The notes under the pieces: model-generated
What the model saw: only the letters and a program-made list of their open reading frames with translations
What the model was told of the DNA's origin: nothing
The model's database searches: none
Shown here: positions 38,829-52,017 of the stretch, one piece after another
How positions within the stretch are numbered: position 1 is the stretch's first letter
Layout: every line of letters begins with the position of its first letter
DNA from: Iphione sp. A-MEVVRFRX5
Lineage: Eukaryota
Direction: 5' to 3'
DNA length: 64,000 bases
Assembly: GCA_976226885.1 (NCBI GenBank)
Contig: OZ320323.1
Location: 52,514,001-52,578,000, forward strand
Position numbers and translations under genes: made by a program

Positions 38829-41800
38829 ATGAACTGCCACATGGTTCTGGTGTCGTTTGTTATTGTCTACTTTATAGACAGGCGATTAAATGCCGCCAGC
38901 GGCAGTGGCGCCACCAAGAAGGACAGCACGAATGAGATGACATCTGCTCAGCTTATGCAGTACAATGACGTCACAGGACAAGTGGTACTCAACCACAAAC
39001 TACTCGAGAGTTTGTCAGCACTTGAAGGTCCACTGCATGTTGTCACAGCAATTGGCGATGCTCGCATTGGCAAGTCAACGGCTCTCAACGTCATGGCAGC
39101 TATCTTATCATCCAGTGATAAGAAGGGTCGTGTGCACACTGTACCACGTGTCTTCAGTGTCTGCCAGAGTCTTGAAACCTGCACTAAAGGCATTTGGGTA
39201 GGAAATTATTTGTAAAGGATTTCTACCTTCCCTACAAGTCAGCTTCTTAGATATTTATGGACAGATCATAAAATGATTTTGAAACTTACCAAAAAGCAGT
39301 GCTTGTTAATTCTGTGACTACATCTTAGCACGTCTGCAGTGCTATAGACAGGGTAATGTGGGCCTACTATTAGTGTATTAGTTTACAGACCACATCAGGA
39401 AATAGTCTTCCTAAAAAACTTCAATGGTAGAATTTTTTGGCATTAATGAGTCAGAAATGTCACAAAAACCACACAGATTATTATAGAGCTGATGTCTTGT
39501 AGATTCAATGGCAGCATATGGCTATATGTAGGGTTTGACTCAAACTTTTTTTGACATTAACCATCTGGGCCAATTACATTGGAATTCTCTTGACATACCA
39601 TTATTTGTTAACCATAAAGCCCAGTTTCAGTATAAGGATAACTTGACCCTAGGCCAAATCCGACTTTGTTATGCAGTTAAGTAGCTTTTTATGATGTAGA
39701 GGGTGTTATGAAATGAGGTGGATGAAACAATCCCGCACCTTCCTCCCCCATTTCTGTCACAGACCCACAGACTCACACACTGTGTCCCACTAACCACTCA
39801 TATTGGCGCAAGGTTGGATCCATAGGGAACGGCTGCTACCACATTAGCAACTTCCAAATGCCTCCAGAAAACTTGACCTTGTCCCATTGTCTAATCTTAT
39901 ATCAAAGTCTCATTGAATGCAGATGTAGACATTCTTCATATAATATATATGTACATGTATAGAACTTTACATATATACTTGGCATGTCTTTAAAGTATGT
40001 GTTCCTAATACAGTAAGAACTACGATCCCATCCACCGCAGTGTGGGCAGAGGGAGGATCCTTCCCAGAGGTACATTCTTGCTGAACACCAGCTAAATGTG
40101 CTTCAAGATAAGACCCCAGCCATGTTTCCAACCTCATCAGTTCATTTCTAAGTATGGTTCATTTCTAAGTATGGGTTTGATACGTGTAGCAGAGTACTCA
40201 TTGGCTTGAGCTCCTTCGCATGAAGGATGGTCCAGCTTTTCGGCAGTCAGTCTTATCCATGAGATATTAAACCACAGACTAGACAGGGTACTCTTCTCTG
40301 GAAGTCAAGGCTTATTGAAAGCGCAGTTTCCTGTTATAGAAAGTCTTGTTATAGAAGGTCCGTCTTGTTGCAATCATGGCCCCCTGAACAAAGTTTCCCC
40401 AACATTTCCTGACCAGGACCTTATTGGTCTATATAAATGATAAACTACCTCTCGTTTTATCAATTATCTCTTGACATCTTTCACATAACATGGGAGGGCA
40501 TAAATTCACTCTGTGTAAGAGAATTTATTCAGAAAAAAATTCAATCATGATTGTTTAAAAGATTTGGACTGTAGTAGGTAGTATCCAAATGAAATGGAAA
40601 TTTCACGTTTCGTGCTTATCCTAAAAGTGCATATAGACATTCCTTGCGAAGAAAACATATACAGAAATAACATGGTGTACACCTTTGGCTGGAACCAGTT
40701 TTCTGGGAGCCAAGGCTGTTATCTATATTGTATATTTGGATACACACCCTAAATTGGATGACATTCTCTGTGAACCAGGGGTGTCCCCAGTTCTAAGGGT
40801 CTTGTGTATAATATATGTGTATGGAGGCCTCAAAAGGAATCTCTGTTTGCAGTACCAGCCTGAAAAAAGATGGTAGGGGGATGTTTTTAGGTTTTTTTTC
40901 AAGATGCACAGTGCTTGCCGAGACTTCTAAGGACTGCATCTTTGGTTTCTACTGCTTAGATTTGAATGCAACAAAGTTCACAGAGGTAGACAATGAGCGA
41001 TAGTATGTCTTTCTAGGTAATTGATGAAGATACTCCTGTTTAAAAATAAAACATTTCAATTATGACAGAAATCAGGGTTGCTTCGGTTACTGGAAACAGA
41101 TATACGTGTTTAGTCCTCATGCAGATTTACACTCATGTACTGTGATGAGTATTTTCTCTCTTGGTTTCAGGTGTATACATTGCCATTTGGGCAAGGTGGT
41201 CACATTCTGCTCATTGATGTGGAGGGAACCGACCTTGGCGGAGACTTGGTGACAACTCAGTTCAGCCTGCTGACGTCATATCTGTCTTCGGATGTACTGC
41301 TCTTTCTCAAGGAATCAGTCCCAAAGCGGACTGCGATCTTCCTCCATGAGTTAGCGAGACTGAAGGAACGCCTCAAATCCCATAATAGTCACTCACCAGA
41401 TGCCAGTCAGATAGCTCAGATGCTTTATGTCATTATTCGTGACCCACTCAAGCCACCTGAAGACATGTCACTCAAGAGTTACGTCTCACAGGCACTAACC
41501 AACCCCAGTTATTGCCTCAATACCCCTGAAGAATGTCGTCTGCTGGGTAAGCATTTCCCACTCGCAAATGTCAATGTCTATTCTCTACCCTATGTGAGCA
41601 GGCGCCATCAAAAGTCCCTAGATTGGACCCTAAAGGACAAGAGCTACTCACGTACAATTGCTTCCATCACCTCTGACTTGAAGTCTTCCATGGAGAAGAC
41701 CAACGGGGGTCAGAGTTCACCAAGCAGCTCAACATCAGGTCAGGTGTTCTCTGGGGTGGTTCAAACATTCTTGAGGACTTTGCAGTCCCACTCAGACCTG

Positions 41801-42349
41801 GGGCTGTCTAGGGCTCCTCCTGCAGTTACCGAAGGCTCTGGCAGTAGTGCTGTATGTCAGACCGCTGACTGTACAAAGGGGCCATTCATTGATACAACAG
41901 ACATGTTAGAGCCAGAGAATGGCAGAATGGGAGAACTTCTTCCAGAAGAGAGTGGTACTACTACTGCTCATCCTCCTCCTCCTGCCGACCCAACCGTTCC
42001 AGAGGGACCCCAGTCAGTGGGTGAAATAGACATAGAGAAGATCATTACTTCACCGTTTGAAACTATGGGACCAGGTGTGTACAGCTTTGTCATGGATAAC
42101 ATCAAGCGTCTTCAGCCAAGCTCTAGTGAAGCCTCACATCGAAGTACAGGATCACTTGATGATGATGATGAAGATGAAGAGAGTGATAATGATGATGAAG
42201 AGAAATGCAGTGAGAGAGAGGGACCCAGTTGCATGCAGGGAAAACCCAAGAAGGACACGTTAACCAAATGGGGCAAAGCTGTGCGTGACTTCATTGATGA
42301 CATAGCTGATGCCCTTGATGACTTCTTCAGCAGTGTTATGTATGAATGA
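38829..42349 (+). CDS. GBP/atlastin-family (GB1/RHD3) large GTPase, 515 aa; coding exons 38829-39197 and 41171-42349
   Basis: G1 GDARIGKS, switch I TCTKGIW|, G3 DVEG and G4 IIRD are all present. Phase-0 intron (tgg|gtagga ... ttggtttcag|gtg). Kozak-like gcaccATG with an in-frame stop upstream. No stops in 515 codons. Confidence 0.88.
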
Positions 42350-43379
42350 ATGCTTCCAACTCAGTTAGGTTCAACTCTCTTTTCATTTGGGTTCTGGTAG
42401 TAGTATTTTCTGGGATGGGGGAGGGGCAGTGGTGCTGCAAGAAGGGGAGGGGCAACGATGAAAAGGAGATAATAGGCATATGTGTTCACTTAACTTTACA
42501 TATATTTTTGGTCAACTTTCTATGAGCACCGGACCAGAGCCCATTCCATTTCGTGTGTGCAAGTACTTTGGTTTGATCTACCTTAATAATTTCCAGTACA
42601 CATTCAAGAAAGTACATGCAAGCTCTTTTCTCCACCAACACGTCATAGTTACTACTCTGCCATACTGAATCAATGAAAAGCAATTTGTGCAGATCTATGT
42701 AGATATAAATACAGTCGAAACCCTATTTATGACCACCCTTCTGTTTCAAGCTTAAGTGATCGTACCAACGATTCTGGTCACAAATTGATCAAAGTTCCTA
42801 TAAGAATGAGCACTTCTGTGCCAAACTCAATTTAGTCATATTAGCAAGAATGGTCGCAAATTGTAGATGATTTGTATGAAATCAACAATGCTGTGTGCAT
42901 TTTGCATTAATGCCCCGGTATGTCTTTCCCATCACAGGGAACTTTCAGTCAATGTTTAAAATCACAAGCCTACATTTTGTTTAGTCCACAAGTGCGTTAC
43001 ATGAAGGAACATAATTGTGTACACTGCCAGTCTCAATGTAAGACTTGTAGGAATATATCTTCCAGTCTCAAGTCAAATAATGACAACATCATAATGAATG
43101 ATACCTGTTTACAGGTCATTCAGTTAGGAAAGTGAACTAACTGCAGAATGCAGCACCAAAGAAGATTTTTTATGGAGCATCGTGTGAGTGTGTTTTCTGT
43201 TGGCGGACAAGCCTGTTGGTATTTAAATAAACAAAATTGGCAGTGCTTGGTACCGATTCTGTAATTTACTTCCATGCCGAAATAAAAAATGTTGGTTATC
43301 AAAAAGACATTTGATTCATTCACAAATGTTTTATTTATTTTTCCCCCACCAAAGACCTGTGGCGGAAAGTGAGAAACCA

Positions 43380-46300
43380 ACTGGTACAATGCAAAACTGA
43401 AGCTCGTGCCAAATGGCTCCAGGCAACATACGAGATGGGGATACTAACCCCATCGAGTTGGGGAGCAAAGGAGCTACCTGCATTTGCCAAGCATTAACAA
43501 GATGGTCGTGATGATATAAACAATATTAGGCACACAAAGCAGCTCTAGAAATCCAGAGCAGTGTCTCCCAATGCTTATTTAGGCGAGCCTATAGTGATAG
43601 GGAACATGCCTACAGAGTCTTGGAGACTAAAGGACATACCAGAGGATAGTGGATCTCCAAACTATGATCGGTGCATAGCTAAGATTCAGGAAGTGATTGA
43701 CAAGGATCAAGTGTCACTCAAACACCAACTCGAGAAGCACATAGAGTACCTAAAAGACAATCAACCCCCAAAAGAGTCCCTATACACCCTACTATCCTAT
43801 CTGCCCATAGTGGAGGAGAGTGAGGATGCAGAGACCATACCAACCCCCAACCCCAAACCGGAACAGCCCAAGCAGGGGAAAGAACCACGAGGGAAGGGCC
43901 CCAACCCACCTAAAAATTCCCGAAAGAGGGATTTTCAGGCACCCCAAACCGGTGGGAACCCACAGTCCTAGCCTGGGGAGGGATCATGGCAGCCTGTGAA
44001 CTGAAAAAAATCACGGAAAGCAAAACCCTAAAACCAGACTCGAAAGGGACACAAAGACCAAGAGCGTTGGATACATGTACTAAACAAGCGGGAGAAGGAG
44101 CTAGTGAAATATTTTCGCAAGCAGGAGAAGAAGGGGAAACGGTAGCCTCCCTTCCGAACTGTCCGGCAGGTCCCAGCCCCTCGAGAGGGACACTTGATCC
44201 TGGTAACGTTAATGACCACAACAGCATTAGTTGTGATACAAACTTGTTACTATTTCTGATTTTATTAATAGAATTCGCGAGAACCGTTCTCATGTCTCTT
44301 CTGTTCTAAACTTGTCAGACAGACCACTAACTACTGATGAAGAATCGTTACTTAATGGAGGGTTGAAATTTTGCCCCACGCCAGGTGAGGCATGATGGGT
44401 GATATAAAACATGACCTAGACACGTTTTGTTGAAAATTAAGAATTTAGCAGTTTTTCGAGGGCAACCAGGGAAATGGTGAAGCTGAGGACAACACCGACC
44501 CCAGCACCAACAAGGCTGAAGCAACATCTGGGATTCCAAGGAAAGAAACCAACAGGTTTTCAAATCCTCCAAGCAGTGGACCCCTCCAGCGGGAGCCCAC
44601 ACACTGGAAGCCTTTATATCCAGTGCAGAAGCAATCCTTAACCACATTTCTGTAATGGCACCTCGTGACCACAACCTAAGCTGACATGAGAAAAATGCTC
44701 TAAAGAGTTGAAAGTGTAACACAGTAGTGTTACGTTGCAGACATTCTATTGTGGACATCGTATTGCGGACATAGTATGGACACTGCGGACATTCTAATCT
44801 TGCGGACAATAAACTTCATATAGCTTACAGACATACATAATGTGTACATGTAAGGTATCTAATAAGAACGTTTTCCTAATAAAGAGAGTTCCAAGTACAA
44901 TGTACAGATATAAGGTTATAAGCGCGGATCCTCGTCTCAGACAACAGATGTGTCATGTTACGACGAGGCACCTCTGACAGTCTGGACATCGACATCCCAC
45001 ACACCAGTAGATACTCATAAACTATGTAAAAGTGACAGGTTAGCCTAAACAAACGCTACATTGGAATGGGGATTTCGAGGCACTTCCAGGGAGGGTGTTG
45101 ACAGCTTTCACATCCATCACTGAAGAGTGCTAGACTGGGACCGAAGGTTAATGTAATTCTTGACCGGTCGTGACCCAGGGCATGCATCCAGGTTGGAGGT
45201 CAGGCAAACTATGACCTAAGGTATGACAGGTTACGAACTTTATACCTAAGGTTATGAACCTTGTGCCTAAGGTTGCAGACCTCTGACATGGGGTCGTGAA
45301 CTGTCTGTATATAATGTCCCGATTTCCTCACACTTTTCAGAGAGCTCTGTGGCTACCACCTGTATGAGTCTACTGTCTGTAATAAAAAAGATCAACCAAC
45401 TTGGAAACCTGTGTTGTCTTGAGTTGTGTTACAAAAGGCAACGCTAGTATAGTCATCAAACCAGCCAACCAAGGGGGAAAAGTAGTAATCTTAAACAGAC
45501 AGGACTACATAACAAAAGGACTATGAAAACTCAGATAAGAAATTCTATAAGGCAATGGACCGCGACCTGACTGGGGACCACAGCCATAGAATAAATCTAT
45601 TTCTAGAGAACCTATGTAAGTCAGGGAAAATCAGAGAGAAGCTACTAAAGCGCCTCATCACAGATGAACCACGAACAGCAGAAATATATTTTCTGCCAAA
45701 GATACATAAAGGGAAATTGCCACCACCGGACAGGCTCATAGTATCAGCCAACAGCTGCCCAATGAAGAAAATATCAACATTGGTTGATATATTCCTTAGG
45801 CCGCTGGTACCAAAAGGAAAATCGTAGGTAAAGGACACAACAGATTTCCTGTTAAAATTGGCTGACATAGGAAAAGTCCCAGAGGGGACCTTACTATGCA
45901 GCTTGGATGTGAGTTCTCTATACACTAACATCCCACATATGAGAGGGTTACAGGTGGTAGGGAGGGCCCTATTATCATATAGGGCCAGACCAAAAGAAGG
46001 ACCCTCCAACACCACACTGTGTCAGCTAATAAAAGTGGTCCTGGAAATGAACAACTTCAGGTTCAATGATGACCACATCGACGGGAGGAATTTAATAATT
46101 TCCTAGTCCACTTACAATTGCAATGACTGTATAAAGTTCACCCCTGAACATTCGTGCAGTGAGATATCGTTTCTTGACACTGTAGTGAGCGTCACAGAAT
46201 CAGGAGACTTGGTCATATAGGTCTACTGCAAACCAACAGATGCCTCTAGCTCCTTACATTACAGTTCCAGCCATCCATGTCATTGTAAACGAGGTATTCC

Positions 46301-46540
46301 GTATGGGCAATTCCTTAGGGTCCGATGGATCTGCACTCACAACACAGACTTTTCCTTGTCATGCGTGGAAATAGGCAGAAGTCTTGTAGAAAAGGGGTAC
46401 CCTATGAGGGATATAACCACAGCCTACAAGAAAGCAAGACCGAATCACCCTACTAAAGGCCATGAAAACCAAGGACCGCGAAAGCAAGATGATTGCCGTC
46501 ACAACATATAACCTTTGCTATAATGGCCTACGTGATCTTT
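43380..46540 (+). mobile_element. Penelope-like element (RT), decayed, interrupted by a solo LTR
   Basis: NLSDRPLTTDEESLLNGGLKFCPTP (~44310), IVIKPANQGGKVVIL (~45450), YFLPKIHK, LCSLDVSSLYTNIPH, LEMNNFRFN, FLDTVV and YLH-like SSLHYSSSHP...IPYGQFLR. No GIY-YIG domain was seen. Confidence 0.88.
44715..45433 (+). mobile_element. Solo LTR (719 bp) with 4-bp TSD
   Basis: Termini TGTAACAC...GTGTTACA form a perfect 8-bp inverted repeat. AAAG is duplicated at 44711-44714 and 45434-45437. TATATAA at ~45308 and AATAAA at 45381. Removing it rejoins the Penelope coding sequence (ELK/GNASIVIKP). Confidence 0.9.
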
Positions 46541-46902
46541 TTGGCTTTGATCGGACCTCCCGCTGTATACGCAAAGGGTGGCGGGTGCAGAAGGTTCACG
46601 TCCATGGGATAGTGTTAAGAGGCATGTACAGGAGAGCCCCCTCCGACTCCTTGTGCTGAGACACGGTGAGTAACAGCAGTGGCAACGGGGGCCAGCTTCG
46701 TGGGTGACCGGGGAGCTGGGAAGGGATGAGTCCACTTCGTTTTGCAGCAGTTTGGTTACCTTAAATATAATAATAAGTAAATAATAAAAGGTAGTACAAG
46801 GCCCTAGCCAACATCAACTAACAAGACCACATGAATTAATAACAGCTTGTTGACTAGCAAACGGTTACTAGATAAAGTAACACACTGGGTTGAAAATATA
46901 TA

Positions 46903-47682
46903 CAGTAGACTCCCTCGATTCCGGACACCCTTCGTTCTGCTTCAAATCGTCCGCATTTGAGACGCGGCCGCATTGGAGACGTGGGGTACATACAGACCGG
47001 GGGTCAAACTAGAAAATGAACTCCCTTTCTCCCTCTCTCTCTACAAATGATATACACACAGAATTGGAGATCGCTACAGGGGGGTCAAACTAGAAAATGA
47101 AATCCCTTTCTCCCTCTCTCTCTATAAATTAATCCAACAAGTTAAGGTCCAAAAAGTACTGAATTTGACCAGTTAAAGTCCTAAAAGTCCTGAATTTGAC
47201 CAGTTAAAGTCCAAAAAGTACTGAATTTGACCAGTAAAAGTCCTAAAAGTCCTGAATTTGACCAGTAAAGTCCAAAAAGTACTGACTTCTGTCCACAGGG
47301 TTTATTCATGTCTACCTTTGAAAATGACTCCTGGAGCCTCTCTAGGGCCCCAAATTCGCGCGACAACACCTCGTCCACAGGGGTTATTCATATCTACCTT
47401 TGAAAAATGACTTCTTAGGCCTCCCTGGAGCCCCAAATTTGCGCGACAACACCTCGTCCACAGGGCTTACTCATATCTACCTTTGAAAAATGACTTCTTA
47501 GGCCTCCCTGGAGCCTCTCTAGGGCCCCGTCCGCAGGGAGGCGCCCCCCGATTTTTAGCGTCCGCATTGGAGACGTCAGCTCATAATGGTTAACTATGGG
47601 AACGCAGTTCGTTCTTCGTCAAATCGTCCGGAATTGAGACGCGTCCGCATTGGAGACGCGTCCGCGGGGAGGGAGTCCCCTG
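46903..47682. mobile_element. Tc1/mariner (pogo/Tigger-like) non-autonomous element with internal tandem arrays
   Basis: ta|cagtagactccctc ... gagggagtcccctg|ta (TIR 12/14 match, TA TSD). Internal arrays: 2 x ~80 bp, ~6 x ~21 bp (aaagtcctgaatttgaccagt) and ~3 x ~85 bp. Confidence 0.8.
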
Positions 47683-48146
47683 TAGATCGATGGAACAAGT
47701 CCTACACTGCACTGCTTGTACATTATTTTTGGTTGTGCATGGTGCAGGAAGAAAGAAATAGTGCCTATCTGCATTTACATGTCCACTTCATGTACCCCGC
47801 GATATTCATACCCTATTCTACTCGACAAGGACTGGCCAACCTGTCGCATTTTGCAAAAAAATGTGCGACAGGCACTACAAAATGTGACTACTTTCTTTTG
47901 CTTTTTTCAGTGCTGAAATAATTCTCTTTAAGGCTTTAAAAAATGTGACTTTCCCGGATGCCGATACATATTCGCTGTTGCCTCGTTGGCTGCCTCATTA
48001 TTCCATCGGCATTGTACATATCATCGGGGAAGAACCGTACCCAGTCCAGATGGGACAAATTTATACTTTGTGTAAGCGCTTCCAATGTAAATAAAATGGT
48101 TTGAGAACAATGATTCAAAGCCAGTTGACAATGCTCAAAAAAGTTG

Positions 48147-48809
48147 TCAATACTCAAAAAAGTAATAAAGCCAAATAGTTGGGATCTTTACTTCCAAAAC
48201 CATTAAAAAGGAAGTACAGTTTAAATCCTGTGTCACAGCTTACAACACTGCCCGGGGCCTCTTATAGACACCAACCGCCCCCCCCCCCAAAAAAAAAAAA
48301 ATCTAGCCAGGGTTTTCAGCATAAGGACCGCATTTCTCTTCTCTTTTATATATGGTCAGACCCATTAAACCAAACCTCTTGCATTTTTTGTCAAAATGTT
48401 CAGTCATACTAAACATGAAATAGAAAACTAGTTTCTTTTATCAGATCAAATGGTCTCTATAGGTGGGAGGTGACTATACTCAATACTCAAAAAAGTAATA
48501 AAGCCAAATAGTTGGGATCTTTACTTCCAAAACCATTAAAAAGGAAGTACAGTTTAAATCCTGTGTCACAGCTTACAACACTGCCCGGGGCCTCTTATAG
48601 ACACCAACCGCCCCCCCCAAAAAAAAAAAAAATCTAGCCAGGGTTTTCAGCATAAGGACCGCATTTCTCTTCTCTTTTATATATGGTCAGACCCATTAAA
48701 CCAAACCTCTTGCATTTTTTGTCAAAATGTTCAGTCATACTAAACATGAAATAGAAAACTAGTTTCTTTTATCAGATCAAATGGTCTCTATAGGTGGGAG
48801 GTGACTATA
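48147..48809. repeat. Near-perfect tandem duplication, period 333 bp
   Basis: 48147-48478 equals 48480-48809 apart from the length of the poly-C/poly-A tract. Confidence 0.95.
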
Positions 48810-49828
48810 TATTACCAAACATCCCCCGTTTCTGCTGAATTCCTGGGAATATTCGGATAAGGCAAGCATGAATGTACCAGCAATTGATACATGGGTCTCC
48901 AGAAAAATCGTGATTGTCATTACATATGATAAAAGTACACCTTAGCGTATGTTAATTCTTTAAAATCAATGTCAGAGAATAGAATAGAACCTTTTTGGTG
49001 AAACTGAGGCATATCAGTGGAAATTTTGGGTCTTTTTATGTAAAGGAATGCAAGTTTGGTAACAAATCTTAAAGAAATAACATATTAAATACCTTTTTGC
49101 AGCCTGCACGAGGTGGTGGGGTCAGGGTAGACCGGATCATCTCCAATCAGGTAGCCCAGACCCAGGGGTGGGTTCGGGTGGTCCACATACATAGGGACAG
49201 CCCTATTGAAATACCCTAGATCAGTCCTCCCATGGTCAACACCACCAGGGGCAGGTCAGGACAACCCACACACATGGGGATAGTGCCTAAGGTTTGAATG
49301 CATTTGAATTCAGTGGTGCAATAGAAGAAATATAGGAATGCAACTGTATTGCTGTGCTTGTTATTAATATATTCATATTGAAGTGTCCCTTCCACATTGT
49401 TAGATGTATTGTGATGTTGACGTCCACTATGTTGCTTTGGAGCTCTTAAAGGTAAAGGTACAATAAACTACCTCCTCCACAATGGCCTTCCTGTCCTGAT
49501 TACACATAACATGGTGTCAGAAGAAACCAGCAATATCTCCGGTATCGGGTCCCATCCTCCCTCCTATTAAGGCAAGAAGGAAAAGGAGATCCCAGAAATG
49601 ATAAGCAGGTAGGAGAGAAGTCACTCCTGTGCCAATTGTTGCCATTAGAGCCTGTAAAAAGGGGATGGATGTACCATCCTTTGTTCTGGCCATGTGCTCC
49701 TGTCTTTTGCAGTGAATTTTATCATTGTGTATGCCTTCCCCTGTGTCTAAATAACTCTGAGTTCACCACATTGTGAACATACTGTGCCAACATGAGCATT
49801 TACTATGCTTCAGTTTTAGCCCAGCATT

Positions 49829-52017
49829 TCATAATTGATCGAACACCATCTGCAGGTGGCAGAGGTGAGTGGCTTGGTCTGGCGACCATGCCAAAATGTC
49901 GTTGATGTACGCAGTGGTAAACATGCCATTAATCCTGTCTAGTATGGTCTTTGGCTGGGAGGCCTCATCCATCGGGACCTGATGATAACCGCTACAAAGA
50001 TCAAGGGTAGAAAAACAGGTGCTACCTCCCAGCTTGGCTAAAATGTCATCAATGCGAGGCAGTGGCCAATTGAACTTGACAGTGACATCATTGACGTGGC
50101 GATAATCAACACAGAATCGCATGGTTCCATCCTTTTTCTCTACCAATACTATTGGCGATGCCCACGGACTGCGACTCGTGTGGATTATTCCAGCATCCAA
50201 CATACCCTGAATCTTTTCCTCCACAACGGACTGGACAACAGAGTGTGATATGGTTTTGGAGCAATGGGTTTGTGGTCTCCGGTGACAATTTCTATCATGA
50301 CGAGGTGTGTACAACCCAACTCCTTGTCAGAGCTGCAAACAGATCCTCATTATTGGCAAGCAACTCCTCCAAGGAGGATACCGCCATTTTTAGGTGACGT
50401 GGACTAGGGGGTGAGTCACTTCCAAGAAGTCCTAACTCAACACAGGTCTCGTCCACTACTGGCTCGATTTCGGCAATAACGTTCCCCGCTCTCAGCATCA
50501 CGGTACACGTGGTGGTATTCACTATAAGTACTGGTACCTTTTCTGATTTCACCTTCGTTAAGCAATTCATCACCATGACTCCAGGTTCCTCGATTAAAAA
50601 CTCTGCCTGGAACCCTTCACTATAATAGTGGTGTGCATGTTTTCCTCTGGAGCCTCCTTTTTCCGTCTCTTGCCATATGCTACAACAGCTATATTCGGGG
50701 GTAGCACGGTGTCTGCTTCAGTGCGCACAATGGCATCAATCTGCTGCTCCCCAATCATGGGAACCAACAGTGACCCACATCGCACCATGCCCTCCTCAGG
50801 CAACAGCTGCATGGGATGCTGGCTTAACCAGTCCCATCCAAGGATGAACATAGGTCGGGGACGACTCATAATACGCAACTCCATGGAAAACCTCTTTCCC
50901 AATACTGAAAATTCAATAATTGTAATACCTGACTGCTGCAATTCTCCACCATCCACCCCCCATATTGCGGTGGGTGATGGACCCACCTTGGTAGCAAAGC
51001 TTCTTCTCTCCAGACTCCGATAAATATCTTCCCTTACTACTGATATGTCTGCCCCCGTATCTAGCAGAGTGCAGAAGCCATATGGGCCTACCTTAATCTT
51101 GATCATCGGCCTATTCGTCATCCTGTAAAAATTCGTCGGTTTTTCTAACTGGTCGGACTCTTATTCGGGCACTGGGACTGGTAGTGACCGAATTTTTTAC
51201 AACTGTAACATTGGATCTTCTTGATCACCTTCTGCAGTGGCTGTTGGGGAGCACCCTCTTTTTGCCCCCTCAACTTTGTCTTGGCCACGTAGCAGTTCTT
51301 TGCTACGTGCCCCTGTTTACCGCAGCAGTGGCAATTGCCCTGAAACCACTTACGTCCGCTGTCAATGGCATCCACTTCCATAGGCGTATGTTCATCCCTT
51401 CCCCTCAATGAGATGTGGAGGAGAACTTCCGTCTCACCTCCTGCACACACCACTGCAGCTACGAAATCCTCTGGACCCTCCCGGATAATCTTCCTAGCTA
51501 CCTTAGGGTTCTTTACTCCATCGGTGAAGAATTCTACCAACTGTTGCTGCACAGCTGCCTGTCACATTTCTTGAACCGAGAAAGCATCTCGAGCCAAATC
51601 GAGTAACCTCTCTGAATACACATAAATAGTCTCGTTAGATTTTTGCTTGTACTTCCGTAGAAGTCCCTTCACATGCACTGGGTCTATCACCTCCCCAAAT
51701 CTGTGGGACAATTGTTCCTTGAACCTATCCCACTCAACCGTCCTCAGCACAGGCTCAATCAGTTGAGGATCATTTCCCCATAACCGGTTGTCCTGTTCTT
51801 CAATGAGCGGATAATATAATCCGCTACTGGACCCTCAGCCGTTAGTTGGGCCAAGCGCTGCTTAAAACGCACGGCTCCGTCAGGCTGTACAACATACCCA
51901 ATGGTAGTGTGTTCGATAGCCTTCATCCATGGTTTAAAGCTTTTAGGTTTTCCGTCGAAACTTGGGACTGACTGTTTAGCTCTCTGTATGCTCAGATTCT
52001 TGGTTACCTTGGCCAAG
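49829..52017 (-). mobile_element. Older Gypsy copy: 3' part of gag, protease and partial RT, truncated and frameshifted
   Basis: ORFs 51145-51552 (PMEVD, two CCHC knuckles), 50594-51121 (LLDTGAD) and 49829-50314 (WASPIVLV, STLDLCSGYHQ, YIND). These are paralogous to 59456-62447. About 30 codons of RT (AF...FNVMPFGL) are deleted. Confidence 0.92.

Noticed and set aside
40105-40160. Minimal hammerhead ribozyme (minus strand CTGATGAggttgGAAAC)
   Set aside because: I could not find the pairing needed for stems I and III or a correctly placed NUH site.
46540-46760. GC-rich segment after the Penelope element with short ORFs
   Set aside because: No recognisable domain or repeat boundary; probably a fragment of another element.
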